From: Hydrurus foetidus
Taxonomy: Eukaryota
DNA: 64,000 nt
Direction of reading: 5' to 3'
Assembly: GCA_900617105.1 (NCBI GenBank)
Contig: UYFQ01000006.1
Coordinates: 496,001 to 560,000 of the forward strand
This document shows, in pieces, positions 12,349-21,782 of this stretch. The translations under genes were made by a program, and so were the position numbers. Numbering within the stretch: position 1 is the stretch's first letter; every line of letters starts with the position of its first letter. The notes under the pieces were generated by a model. It did no database searches, had not been told where the DNA came from, and saw only the letters and a list, made by a program, of their open reading frames with translations.

Positions 12349-14334
12349 TTAGCCGTTGAGCAGTTTTTGCGCAGCCAAAGCCAGCGCCTCCGGTTTGCCT
12401 GACAGCACCAAGGTGTCACCATCGCACAATACAGTGCTGTCATCGGGCACCAGAGCACTGCCACCATGACGACGCAGGCTGACAGTGCGGGCACCCAGCA
12501 AAGGCAAAGCCAACGCCCCTATCTCACGGCCTAACGATTTAGCTCCCGGTGGCAGCGTCAACGTTTCCAAGCGATCATGGCCAAATTCGCTGGGCGTATC
12601 GTCGTCCCCTCCGTGAAAATAGCCCCGCAGCAGGTTGTAACGGGCATCGCGCTGGTCTTGCACCACCCGAATCACGCGGCGCATCGGCACGCCCACCAGC
12701 GCCAGCGCATGGCTGGCCAGCATCAGCGAGCCTTCAATTGCTTCGGGCACCACTTCGGTGGCTCCAGCGGCTTGCAGTTGCTCTAAGTTCAAGTCGTCTT
12801 GGGTACGCACAATCACAGGCACCAACGGAGCATGCGAGCGGATATTGGCCAGCACCTTCAGGGCGCCCGGCACGTCGAGGTAGGTAATCACTACGGCACT
12901 GGCCCTTACCAGTCCAGCGGCCATGATGGCTTGCAAGCGGGAGGCATCGCCATACACCACCGAGTCCCCCGCCGCTGCGGCTTGCTGTACGCGGTCAGGG
13001 TCTAAGTCCAGCGCCATGTAGGGGATGTTTTCGCGCTCCAGAATGCGTGCCAAGTTTTGCCCGCAACGGCCATAGCCACAAATAATCACATGGCGGCTGC
13101 TGTTGATTGATTTGCGTGCAATGTGGGTCATTTGCAACGACTGTTGCAGCCATTCGCTGGCCACCAGCTTCATCACAATGCGGTTGCTGAACATGACGAT
13201 GACGGGCGTGGCCAGCATCGACAGCACCATGCTGGCCAAAATTGGGTTGAGCAGATGCGGCGGCACCAGCGCCGAGCTTTGCGCCAGCGTCAACAGCACA
13301 AAGCCAAATTCACCCGCTTGTGCCAAATACAGACCAGTGCGCAAGGACACGCCGGTGGTCGCGCCAAAGCCGCGTGCCAGCGCCGTCACCAGCAGCAGTT
13401 TGAACAGCACCGGCAGCGTCAGCAACAGCAGCACCAGGGGCCAGCGCTCCAGCACAATGTGCCAGTCCAGCAGCATCCCAATGGTGATGAAAAATAGCCC
13501 CAGCAGCACATCGTGAAACGGACGAATATCGGTTTCCACCTGGTGCTTGTATTCAGTTTCTGAAATCAACATACCGGCGATAAAAGCACCCAGCGCCAAA
13601 CTCAGACCCGCCAACTCGGTCAACCAGGCCAGCCCCAGGGTGATGAGCAGCAGGTTCAGCACAAACAGCTCTTCGCTCTTGCGCCGCACCACAATCGTCA
13701 GCCACCAGCGCATCACGCGCTGTCCACCCACCAGCAGCACGGTGATAAGCACTACCGCCTTCAGTGTCGCCAAGGCGAGGGCAACCAGCAAATTCTCGGC
13801 AGAAGCCCCCAGCGCAGGGATCAGCACCAGCAGCGGCACTACCGCCAAATCTTGGAACAGCAGCACGCCCATCACGCGCTTGCCGTGCTCGCTCTCCATC
13901 TCCAAGCGCTCGGCCATCAGTTTGACGATGATGGCCGTGCTGCTCATGGCCAGTGCCCCCGAGAGCGCCACCACGGTTTGCCAACGCATTTGCCACGAGG
14001 CAGGCAGCCAGCGTGATACCAGCAAGGCCCCCGCCGTGGCCAGCCCAATCGTCAGCACCACCTGCAGCAGCCCCAGCCCAAACACATGCTTGCGCATCGC
14101 CCGCAGCTTCGGCAGATTGAATTCCAAGCCAATCACGAACATCAGAAACACCACACCAAATTCGCCAAGATGCCGAATGCCTTCAGAGTTTTGCGCCAGC
14201 GCCAGTGCGTTTGGCCCAATCACCACGCCCACCACCAAGTAACCCAACATCGGCGGCAGCAGCAATTTGCGGCACGCTACCACCCCCAGCACAGCGGCCA
14301 GCAGGTACATGAGGGTGAGTTCGAGGGAGGACAT
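12349..14334 (-). CDS. Monovalent cation:proton antiporter-2 (KefB/KefC-like) with TrkA-N and TrkA-C domains
   Basis: Many TM helices, GVVFLMFVIGLEF, LLFQD, ICGYGRCG Rossmann motif. Confidence 0.92.
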   Translation of the reverse strand: MSSLELTLMYLLAAVLGVVACRKLLLPPMLGYLVVGVVIGPNALALAQNSEGIRHLGEFGVVFLMFVIGLEFNLPKLRAMRKHVFGLGLLQVVLTIGLATAGALLVSRWLPASWQMRWQTVVALSGALAMSSTAIIVKLMAERLEMESEHGKRVMGVLLFQDLAVVPLLVLIPALGASAENLLVALALATLKAVVLITVLLVGGQRVMRWWLTIVVRRKSEELFVLNLLLITLGLAWLTELAGLSLALGAFIAGMLISETEYKHQVETDIRPFHDVLLGLFFITIGMLLDWHIVLERWPLVLLLLTLPVLFKLLLVTALARGFGATTGVSLRTGLYLAQAGEFGFVLLTLAQSSALVPPHLLNPILASMVLSMLATPVIVMFSNRIVMKLVASEWLQQSLQMTHIARKSINSSRHVIICGYGRCGQNLARILERENIPYMALDLDPDRVQQAAAAGDSVVYGDASRLQAIMAAGLVRASAVVITYLDVPGALKVLANIRSHAPLVPVIVRTQDDLNLEQLQAAGATEVVPEAIEGSLMLASHALALVGVPMRRVIRVVQDQRDARYNLLRGYFHGGDDDTPSEFGHDRLETLTLPPGAKSLGREIGALALPLLGARTVSLRRHGGSALVPDDSTVLCDGDTLVLSGKPEALALAAQKLLNG

Positions 14335-14426
14335 GGTCGGTGAAGAGTGAAGCTTTGGATACTAGCAAGTTATGTGTCAACCTCACGCCGGAGGTGTACG
14401 GCTTTTGGCTACCCCGATAAAATCTA

Positions 14427-15440
14427 ATGATGATTGCATCCACGCTTAACCTTTCGCTAGACATCACCCGCGCCCTCCACCTGGCCCATGAGACTTTTGA
14501 CATCGAAGCCGCTGCCGTGCTGGGCCTCAAAACCCGCGTGGCCCAAGAGGGCGGGAAAAACTTCGCCCAAGCCCTGAGTCTGATGCTGAACGTGCGCGGC
14601 CGCGTGGTCGTGATGGGCATGGGCAAAAGCGGCCATGTGAGCCGCAAAATCGCAGCCACCTTGGCTTCCACCGGCACACCCGCCATGTTTGTCCATCCCG
14701 CCGAAGCCAGCCACGGCGATTTGGGCATGATTAAAAGTCTGGACGTGGTGCTGGCCGTGTCGAACAGCGGCGAAGTGGACGAGCTCACCGCCATCTTGCC
14801 CACGCTCAAGCGCCTGGGTGCGCCCATCATCGCGATGACGGGCCGCCCGCAGTCCACGCTGGCCTGCCATGCCGATGTGGTGCTCGACAGCGGTGTCGAA
14901 AAAGAAGCCTGCCCGCTCAACCTCGCCCCCACCGCCAGCACCACCGCGCAAATCGCCCTGGGAGATGCGCTGGCCGTGGCTTTGCTCGATGCGAGGGGCT
15001 TCAAAGCCGAAGACTTTGCCCGCTCGCACCCCGGCGGTTTGCTGGGCCGCAAGCTGTTGACCCATGTGGCCGATGTGATGCGCTCGGGTGAAGCGGTGCC
15101 CCGTGTCAGCCCGGACAGCAGCTTCAGCGCATTGATGCGCGAGATGAGTGGCAAAGGTTTTGGCGCATCAGCCGTTGTAGATGCCGAAGACCGCGTGCTA
15201 GGCATCTTCACCGATGGCGATTTGCGCCGCTTGGTGGAGAAAGGCCTCGATTTGCGCCACACCATCGCCCGCGAGGTGATGCACCCCCACCCCCGCACCG
15301 TGCGGGTCGATGCCCTGGCTGTGGACGCGGTGGACATGATGGAGTTGCACCGCATCACCAGCGTGTTGGTGGTGGACGCGCAGGGCCACTTGTGCGGTGC
15401 CGTCAACACCAACGATTTGATGCGGGCTAAAGTCATATGA
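14427..15440 (+). CDS. kdsD: Arabinose-5-phosphate isomerase (KpsF/GutQ; SIS plus CBS)
   Basis: GMGKSGH, HPAEASHGDLGM, LAPTASTT, SHPGG; adjacent to kdsC and lptC. Confidence 0.95.
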   Translation: MMIASTLNLSLDITRALHLAHETFDIEAAAVLGLKTRVAQEGGKNFAQALSLMLNVRGRVVVMGMGKSGHVSRKIAATLASTGTPAMFVHPAEASHGDLGMIKSLDVVLAVSNSGEVDELTAILPTLKRLGAPIIAMTGRPQSTLACHADVVLDSGVEKEACPLNLAPTASTTAQIALGDALAVALLDARGFKAEDFARSHPGGLLGRKLLTHVADVMRSGEAVPRVSPDSSFSALMREMSGKGFGASAVVDAEDRVLGIFTDGDLRRLVEKGLDLRHTIAREVMHPHPRTVRVDALAVDAVDMMELHRITSVLVVDAQGHLCGAVNTNDLMRAKVI

Positions 15441-15973
15441 GCGCTCTGAATTTCCCCCCCGAATTGCGCCAACGTGCGCAGCCCGTGAAAGTCGTTTTCT
15501 TCGACGTTGACGGTGTGCTGACCGATGGTGCGTTGTTTTTCTCAGAAACCGGTGAAAGCCTCAAGCGCTTCAACAGCCTAGACGGCCACGGTTTGAAGCT
15601 GTTGCAGCGGGCAGGCATCACCCCCGCCGTCATCACCGGGCGCGACTCCAAACCGCTACGCCTGCGTCTGCAAGCCTTAGGCATCACCCACGTTCACTAC
15701 GGCACCGAAGACAAACGCCCTGCCGCCGAGGCCACCCTTGAAGCACTGGGCTTGGACTGGTCACAGGCGGCTGCGATGGGTGACGATTGGCCTGACCTGC
15801 CCGTCTTGCGGCGCTGCGCCTTAGCCTGCGCACCTGCCAACGCCCACGCTGAAGTCAAAAACGTGGCCCACTACACCACCACCCTGCGTGGTGGCGAGGG
15901 GGCTGCCCGCGAGCTGTGCGATCTGCTGCTGCTAGCGAGTGGGCACTACGCAACCTTGCTGGCTGAGACCTGA
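15437..15973 (+). CDS. kdsC: KDO 8-phosphate phosphatase
   Basis: HAD motifs FDVDGVLTDG, MGDDWPD, GGEGAARE. Confidence 0.95.
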   Translation: MSALNFPPELRQRAQPVKVVFFDVDGVLTDGALFFSETGESLKRFNSLDGHGLKLLQRAGITPAVITGRDSKPLRLRLQALGITHVHYGTEDKRPAAEATLEALGLDWSQAAAMGDDWPDLPVLRRCALACAPANAHAEVKNVAHYTTTLRGGEGAARELCDLLLLASGHYATLLAET

Positions 15974-15976
15974 TTC

Positions 15977-16600
15977 ATGGCCACCGCTCCCCGGTTTTCC
16001 CGCACGGTAGATCGCCTGACGGTGTACCTGCCTGTCATCTTGATGGGCTTGTTGACGCTGGGCACCTACGGGTTGCTGCGCACCACACCACAACCCGGTG
16101 CACCCGAGCGCAATCCCACCGTCACGCACAACGCGGACTACTTCATGCGGAAGTTTTCGCTGAAAACCTTTGACGCGGTGGGCCGCCTGAAGACAGAGCT
16201 GCAAGGCCAGGAAATCCGCCATTTCCCCGATACCGATACGCTGGAGATAGACCAGGTTTACCTGCGCTCTTACGACGACGAAGGCCACCTCACCACCGCC
16301 ACCAGTGACCGGGGTTTGTCCAACGGCGACGGCTCAGAAGTGCAGCTGATGGGCCACGCCGTGGTGGTGCGCGATGCGTGGGTCAACAGCAGTGGCAAAC
16401 CGCAGCCTTCATTGGAAATCCGCAGTGATTTCCTGCACGCCATCACCGACACCGAGCGCCTCAAAACCCATCTGCCGGTGGTCATCACGCGCGGCCTCGA
16501 CACCTTCACCGCCGACAGCATGGACTACGACAACCTGAACCGGCTGATCGACCTGAAGGGCCGCGTGCATGGTGTCCTGACCCCCACCACCCAACCCTGA
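15977..16600 (+). CDS. lptC: LPS export periplasmic protein LptC
   Basis: Single N-terminal TM then beta-rich domain; follows kdsC. Confidence 0.88.
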   Translation: MATAPRFSRTVDRLTVYLPVILMGLLTLGTYGLLRTTPQPGAPERNPTVTHNADYFMRKFSLKTFDAVGRLKTELQGQEIRHFPDTDTLEIDQVYLRSYDDEGHLTTATSDRGLSNGDGSEVQLMGHAVVVRDAWVNSSGKPQPSLEIRSDFLHAITDTERLKTHLPVVITRGLDTFTADSMDYDNLNRLIDLKGRVHGVLTPTTQP

Positions 16601-16612
16601 GCGTATTCAACG

Positions 16613-17416
16613 ATGGTTCCTCTTGTTTTCATCACCGGTGCGTCCAGTGGCTTGGGCCAAGCCCTGGCGTGGCGGTTTTACCAAGCAGGCTACCGGCTGG
16701 CCTTGGTGGCCCGCCGCACCGCAGAGATAGAACGCTGGGCTACCGCTTGCCAGATAAGCACCGAACGCTATCAAATTTACAGCGCTGATGTCTCAGATAC
16801 CGATGCAATGGTGGCCGTGGGTGCCGCCTGCATCCAAGCCCAAGGCGTGCCCGATGTGGTGATTGCCAATGCGGGCATCAGCGTAGGCATCGACACTGCA
16901 TGCCGCGCCGACATCGACGTGATGGCCCGCGTGTTCGCCACCAACAACATCGGCATGATGGCGACATTTCACCCGTTTGTGGCTGCGATGACCGCGCGTG
17001 CTGCCGCCAGTGGGGCCGGTGGCACCTTGGTGGGCATTGGCAGCGTGGCCGGTATCCGTGGTTTGCCCGGCCACGGTGCCTACAGCGCCAGCAAGGCCGC
17101 TGCCATCACCTATTTGGAAAGCCTGCGTGGCGAGATGCAGCCCTTGGGCGTGCGGGTGGTGACAGTGTGCCCCGGTTATATCGACACACCGCTCACGCAA
17201 AAGAACCGCTACAGCATGCCGTTTTTAATGCAACCCGAAGATTTCGCTGACAAAGCGTTTGAAGCGATTGTGGCGGGGGCCAGCTACCGCGTGATCCCCT
17301 GGCAGATGGGGGTCATCGCCAAACTCTTGCGCTTGCTGCCCAACGCGCTGTACGACAAGCTGCTGGCAGGCCGACCACGCAAGCACCGAGACTCAGAAAA
17401 CCAAAGCCCACGCTGA
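16613..17416 (+). CDS. Short-chain dehydrogenase/reductase
   Basis: TGASSGLG, ANAG, YSASK. Confidence 0.93.
   Translation: MVPLVFITGASSGLGQALAWRFYQAGYRLALVARRTAEIERWATACQISTERYQIYSADVSDTDAMVAVGAACIQAQGVPDVVIANAGISVGIDTACRADIDVMARVFATNNIGMMATFHPFVAAMTARAAASGAGGTLVGIGSVAGIRGLPGHGAYSASKAAAITYLESLRGEMQPLGVRVVTVCPGYIDTPLTQKNRYSMPFLMQPEDFADKAFEAIVAGASYRVIPWQMGVIAKLLRLLPNALYDKLLAGRPRKHRDSENQSPR
16728..16783 (-). repeat. Dispersed two-palindrome motif, reverse copy inside the SDR gene
   Basis: CCGCTTGCCAGATAAGCA CCGAAC GCTAT CAAATTT ACAGC. Confidence 0.75.
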
Positions 17417-17464
17417 ATCAACAGGCGGAATTAAAAGGCTAAGACGAAAAGTCAAAGCCCCATG

Positions 17465-17492
17465 CAAAAAGGCTCCCAAAGGAGCCTTTTTG
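17465..17492. terminator. Bidirectional intrinsic terminator
   Basis: CAAAAAGGCTCC-CAAA-GGAGCCTTTTTG between convergent genes. Confidence 0.9.
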
Positions 17493-17563
17493 TCACCGCA
17501 CCGAAGTGCAATGGATCTTGGTGTTGGACTTTACAGCCCAACAGGACGATCGGGTGTCAGCGA

Positions 17564-18025
17564 TTAATAACCGCCGCCGCCGGAACGGCCACCGCCGCCA
17601 CCGCCGTAGCCACCACCGCCGCCGCCACCGGAACGGCCACCGCCGCCGCCAGCACCGCCGCCGCCGTACGGGCTACGGAAACCGCCACCGCCGCCGCCGC
17701 CTTCGCGACCACCGCCAGCACCGCCGCCGAAACCACCGCCGCCGCCGCCGAAGCCGCCGGTACGGGGAGGACGAGCCTCCATCGGACGTGCTTCGTTAAC
17801 GACAACGCTACGGCCACCCAAAGAAGCACCGTTCATGCCGCCGATGGCAGCTTGTGCTTCTGGATCGCTGGCCATTTCGACAAAGCCGAAGCCCTTCGAA
17901 CGACCGGTGTCACGTTCCATCATTACTTTTGCGCTGGTAACAGCACCAAATTGGCCAAAGGCCTGTTCCAAATCGCTATCGCGAACCGAGTACGGCAGAT
18001 TGCCGACATACAGCTTGTTGCCCAT
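17564..18025 (-). CDS. RRM RNA-binding protein with Gly-rich tail
   Basis: RNP2 LYVGNL, RNP1 KGFGFVEM, GGGGGGF/Y tail. Confidence 0.95.
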   Translation of the reverse strand: MGNKLYVGNLPYSVRDSDLEQAFGQFGAVTSAKVMMERDTGRSKGFGFVEMASDPEAQAAIGGMNGASLGGRSVVVNEARPMEARPPRTGGFGGGGGGFGGGAGGGREGGGGGGGFRSPYGGGGAGGGGGRSGGGGGGGYGGGGGGRSGGGGY

Positions 18026-18232
18026 GAAGGGACTCCTATAAACACATGAGAAAAGCGATGGAGTCCCGAAAACGCATTCAACTGGTAACCTGATAGACGC
18101 GAAACTGACCTTAACACCGCAAACTTTACCTGGGCGTTTAAACCCACGTTTCCGGATTATGCGTTACTTTTGAAGATTTGTCGTGAACACAAGCATTTGA
18201 GACGCAAAAAACCGCGTTACAGCCTTTTTTTA

Positions 18233-18424
18233 TCAGTCTTCGCGGTAATTTCGCCACTCGCGCATGGCATTGCGCATCGTCAGTACCTGACGCTCGAATA
18301 CCGGGCAAGCCTTGCACGCAAACATGTGCAGCCGCAGCGCCACCCGATCAGGCACGCGCAAGGGCTGGTCTTCTTGGGCGATCAGCAAGGCCGCAACCTC
18401 TCTGCAAGTTCTGCGCAAGATCAT
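18233..18424 (-). CDS. Zinc-finger (zf-HC2/ZAS) anti-sigma factor, 63 aa
   Basis: C...HMFACKAC (HxxxCxxC); ATGA-coupled to the ECF sigma gene. Confidence 0.88.
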   Translation of the reverse strand: MILRRTCREVAALLIAQEDQPLRVPDRVALRLHMFACKACPVFERQVLTMRNAMREWRNYRED

Positions 18425-19005
18425 GGTGTAACTCGGCTTCCAAACCAGTTGAGCTCCAGGCATTCGCGCAAACGCAAACGGGCCCGGTGCAATTGAACAT
18501 ACAGGTTCGTCGTGGTGAGGTTGGTTTCCTTACAAATTTCTTCGGTTGACAGCTCCAACCACTCCCGCATCAAAAAAACCCGGCCCAAACCTGCGGGCAG
18601 CGCGTCGGTGCAAGCTTCCAGTATTTTGAAAAACTGCTGCGTGCGCAAATCTTGCTCGGGATTGCCCCAGTCTGAAGGCGCACAGGTGAAGTGGCCATCG
18701 CCCTTGAACATCAGCGCGTCCAGCTCCTCTGCGCCATCGCCATCGTCGCAGGTATCAAGCTGCACCTCCCGCGCACGTGAGCGCAGTTGGTCAATCACCT
18801 TGTGCTTGAGGATGCCTACCAGCCAGGTTTTGAGCTGCGATTTGCTCTCAAACGCTTGTGGCTTGCTAAGGGCTGCCAGCGTGGTTTCAGACACAGCGTC
18901 TTCAGCCCAACTGTCGTTGCGCAACTGCATGCGGGCAAAGCGCAGCAAGTAGCTGTGGTGGCTGGCGAGTTGCGCTTCAAAATCGGTAGCGGGGGCGTGG
19001 GACAT
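18421..19005 (-). CDS. ECF RNA polymerase sigma factor (TIGR02943-like)
   Basis: WAEDAVSET, LKTWLVGILKHK, VQLHRARLRLRECL. Confidence 0.92.
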   Translation of the reverse strand: MSHAPATDFEAQLASHHSYLLRFARMQLRNDSWAEDAVSETTLAALSKPQAFESKSQLKTWLVGILKHKVIDQLRSRAREVQLDTCDDGDGAEELDALMFKGDGHFTCAPSDWGNPEQDLRTQQFFKILEACTDALPAGLGRVFLMREWLELSTEEICKETNLTTTNLYVQLHRARLRLRECLELNWFGSRVTP

Positions 19006-19111
19006 TTGTGTGAAACCGTAGTTTTCAGCGATCATCGCACAGCAGAATGACCGGTTATCCACAGCTGTCCAGTCTTGGCGCATCGCTCAATTTAAAAAAT
19101 TTTCACACGCA

Positions 19112-19140
19112 TGTAAGAAGTTGGCCCATAAACTGACCAA
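19112..19140 (+). promoter_or_regulatory. Candidate ECF promoter of the DUF2282 operon
   Basis: TGTAAG-N17-GACCAA after an AT-rich stretch; GTAA-type -35 elements are typical of ECFs linked to DUF692 loci. Confidence 0.45.
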
Positions 19141-19204
19141 CGCTTAACCAGTCATTTTGCTGGTGAAACGTGCCTCTTTTCCTTTAACCCTTCAGGAGTT
19201 TTCC

Positions 19205-19486
19205 ATGAACCAACGTGCCCTTATCGCTGCTGCTGCCGCCACCGTGTTGTCTTCCATGCTGGTCTCTATGCCCGCAGCCGCCCAAGAGAAAGAAAAATGT
19301 TTCGGCATCGCCAAAATGGGCCAAAACGACTGCGCCAACCTCTCAGGCTCACATTCATGCGCCGGTCAGTCCAAGATGGACATGGGTGCTGACGAGTGGA
19401 AATATGTCGCCAAAGGTACTTGCGTCAGCATGAAAGGCATGACTGCTGAGCAAGTCAAAATGAAGATGACGGACAAAAAGAGCTGA
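19205..19486 (+). CDS. DUF2282 / bufferin BufA1-type RiPP precursor (93 aa)
   Basis: SD CAGGAG; Sec signal ending PAAA; EKCFGIAKMGQNDC...HSCAGQS...EWKYVAKGTC (four Cys). Confidence 0.9.
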   Translation: MNQRALIAAAAATVLSSMLVSMPAAAQEKEKCFGIAKMGQNDCANLSGSHSCAGQSKMDMGADEWKYVAKGTCVSMKGMTAEQVKMKMTDKKS

Positions 19487-19494
19487 TCGCATTT

Positions 19495-19550
19495 GCTTTT
19501 AATTCAATAGCAACTAACGCATATAAAACGTGGGCTAAGCTCAATGAGAC
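19495..19550 (+). repeat. Dispersed two-palindrome motif, intergenic copy
   Basis: GCTTT TAATTCA ATAGC AACTAA CGCATATAAAACGTGGGC TAAG. Confidence 0.75.
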
Positions 19551-19565
19551 AACTGAATTAGCCCC

Positions 19566-20471
19566 ATGAGAACGATCCCCAAAAGCGCCGGCATAGGCTG
19601 GCGCCACCCCCATTACGCCGCCCTGATGGACACCCGCCCGCCGCTGGGGTTCATCGAGGTGCATTCTGAAAACTTCTTCGGCGCAGGCGGTGCCGCCTTG
19701 GCCGTGCTGCAACAAGCCCGTGCCCACTACCCGCTCAGCCTGCACGGTGTCGGTTTGGGACTGGGTTCTGCCATCGGTATCGACGGCTGGCATCTCGACC
19801 AACTGGCTCAACTGGTTGAGCGCACCGAGCCTTGGCTGGTCAGCGACCACGCCTGCTTTGCCCGCGGTCATTTGGAGCAGGGCCAGCCCATCCACGCTGC
19901 CGATTTACTCCCCATCCCCTTCAACCGCGAGGCACTGGACGTGCTGTGCGCCAACGTGCAGCGCGTGCAAGACCGCTTACAGCAAAGCATCGCCGTCGAA
20001 AACCTGTCCGCCTATATCCGCTGGAACAGTGACGAGCAGACCGAGCCTGAATTCTTGGCGGCGCTCGCCAAGCGCACCGGCTGCAAGCTGCTGATCGACG
20101 TGAACAACATCTACGTCAACGCCCTGAACGCAGCAAACGACTCGAACGACTCTAAAACCATAGCTGCTAACGCCCAGCAGTATTGTTGTAATTGGCTGAA
20201 CAACATCCCCGCCAGCGCCGTCGCCGAGCTGCACCTCGCCGGGCACACCGACTGCGGCGATATCGTCATCGACGACCACAGCCGCCGCGTTTGCGATGCC
20301 GTCTGGCAGCTCTACAGCCACGCCCTGCGGTGCTTCGGCCCCGTGCCCACGTTGATTGAGTGGGACACCGACATCCCGCCGCTGCACGTCTTGCTCGACG
20401 AAGCCGCCCAAGCTGACCTTCTGACCAACAGCCTTGTCAACCTCCTCGCCACCGAAGTGCAAGCCCCATGA
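19566..20471 (+). CDS. DUF692 multinuclear non-heme iron oxidative enzyme (MNIO, BufB-like)
   Basis: [56 protein letters not shown]. Confidence 0.95.
   Translation: MRTIPKSAGIGWRHPHYAALMDTRPPLGFIEVHSENFFGAGGAALAVLQQARAHYPLSLHGVGLGLGSAIGIDGWHLDQLAQLVERTEPWLVSDHACFARGHLEQGQPIHAADLLPIPFNREALDVLCANVQRVQDRLQQSIAVENLSAYIRWNSDEQTEPEFLAALAKRTGCKLLIDVNNIYVNALNAANDSNDSKTIAANAQQYCCNWLNNIPASAVAELHLAGHTDCGDIVIDDHSRRVCDAVWQLYSHALRCFGPVPTLIEWDTDIPPLHVLLDEAAQADLLTNSLVNLLATEVQAP
20148..20203 (+). repeat. Dispersed two-palindrome motif, copy inside the DUF692 gene
   Basis: GACTC TAAAACC ATAGC TGCTAA CGCCCAGCAGTATTGTTG; left half-arm degenerate. Confidence 0.65.
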
Positions 20472-21280
20472 GCCCGCTCGCCGCCAGCCAGCAAGCCCTG
20501 CTGACCACCCTGTTCGCCTCTGGCCGCCACAGCGCAAAGATTGCTACTGAATTCATAGCTACTCACGCCCATCAGACAAGCAGAAGAGGCTTAAATGCCT
20601 ACCAAAGCAACGCCCACAGCCTCGCTGAGCGCAGCTTGCAGGCCGTCTACCCCGTGCTGGCCCAGTTGCTGGGTAACGAGAGCTTTGCCGCCTTCGCCCG
20701 CGCCTTCTGGCACGCCCACCCGCCCCAGCGCGGCGACTTGGCGCACTGGGGTGACGCACTCGCCGACTTCACCGCCGCCAGCCCGCAATTGGCCGATGTG
20801 CCCTACCTCGCCGATGTCGCCCGCGTCGAATGGGCCTTGCACCAAGCCGCCACCGCCCCAGACGCTGATGCCGACTTGGCCACCCTGCACCACCTGATGG
20901 AACAAGACCCCGCCGTGCTGCACCTGCACCTCGCCCCCGGCGTCAAGCTGGTACACAGCGACTGGCCCGTGGTCAGCATCGTCCATGCCCATGCGGTGGC
21001 AGACGGCGCAGCGCCCAACCTCAGCCACGCGCACGAACGGCTGCACAGCGGCACCACAGAAACCGCCCTGGTCTGGCGCCAAGGCTTCAAGCCCCAAGTC
21101 CGCGAAGCCCTGCCGGGTGAACCCGCTTTCGTAGCCGCGCTGCACGCCGGGCGCACCTTGGACGAGGCTTTCAGCGCCACCGAATCCGCAACATCCGCCG
21201 CCACCTTCGATTTCACCGTCTGGCTGCCCCAAGCTGTGTCCACCGGCCTGCTGCTGGCCGTGAACTGCATCGCACCTTGA
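20468..21280 (+). CDS. DUF2063 MNIO partner protein (BufC-like)
   Basis: GLNAYQSN...[13 protein letters not shown]...[15 protein letters not shown]-coupled to DUF692. Confidence 0.9.
   Translation: MSPLAASQQALLTTLFASGRHSAKIATEFIATHAHQTSRRGLNAYQSNAHSLAERSLQAVYPVLAQLLGNESFAAFARAFWHAHPPQRGDLAHWGDALADFTAASPQLADVPYLADVARVEWALHQAATAPDADADLATLHHLMEQDPAVLHLHLAPGVKLVHSDWPVVSIVHAHAVADGAAPNLSHAHERLHSGTTETALVWRQGFKPQVREALPGEPAFVAALHAGRTLDEAFSATESATSAATFDFTVWLPQAVSTGLLLAVNCIAP
20543..20598 (+). repeat. Dispersed two-palindrome motif, copy inside the DUF2063 gene
   Basis: GCTAC TGAATTC ATAGC TACTCA CGCCCATCAGACAAGCAG AAGAGGCTTAAATG. Confidence 0.85.
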
Positions 21281-21296
21281 ATTTTTGGAAAACCGT

Positions 21297-21782
21297 ATGA
21301 ACCTGACCTTGCAACGCGCCGTCAACCTCTGGAACCTGCTCAGCCACGGCCTGCGCAGCCTGCAAGCCCCCCTCAGCTTGGCTGCTCGGCTCTACGTCGC
21401 CCATGCGTTTTGGCTCTCAGGCCTGACCAAACTCCAAGACTGGGGCACCACGCTGGCGCTGTTTGCGGACGAGTACCACGTCCCCTTCTTGCCCACCCCC
21501 GTGGCGGCAGTGATGGGCACCGCAGGCGAGCTGGTGCTGCCCGTGCTGTTGGTGCTGGGCGTGGGGGGCCGCTTCGCCGCTCTGGGCTTGTCCGTGGTGA
21601 ACGCCATCGCCGTCATCAGCCTCACGGACATTGCCCCGCTGGCGCTGCAACAGCATGTGCTGTGGGGGGTCTTGCTGGCCGGGCTCGCGGCGTTTGGCCC
21701 CGGTGCCTGGGCGGCAGAGCGTTGGGTGTGGCCGTGGTTGCAAGCGCGGCTGGGTCAAAGCAAGGGTCACTCCGGCGCATGA
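21297..21782 (+). CDS. DoxX family membrane protein (BufD-like)
   Basis: ARLYVAHAFWLSGLTK, ELVLPVLLVLG, GPGAWA. Confidence 0.9.
   Translation: MNLTLQRAVNLWNLLSHGLRSLQAPLSLAARLYVAHAFWLSGLTKLQDWGTTLALFADEYHVPFLPTPVAAVMGTAGELVLPVLLVLGVGGRFAALGLSVVNAIAVISLTDIAPLALQQHVLWGVLLAGLAAFGPGAWAAERWVWPWLQARLGQSKGHSGA

Noticed and set aside
17462..18049. Ala/Thr-rich and Arg-rich ORFs and GCC microsatellite
   Set aside because: Antisense or alternative-frame shadows of the Gly-rich RRM tail
21410..21778. Long N-terminal extension of EgtB in the ORF track
   Set aside because: Overlaps doxX in another frame; the ATGA-coupled start at 21779 is more plausible
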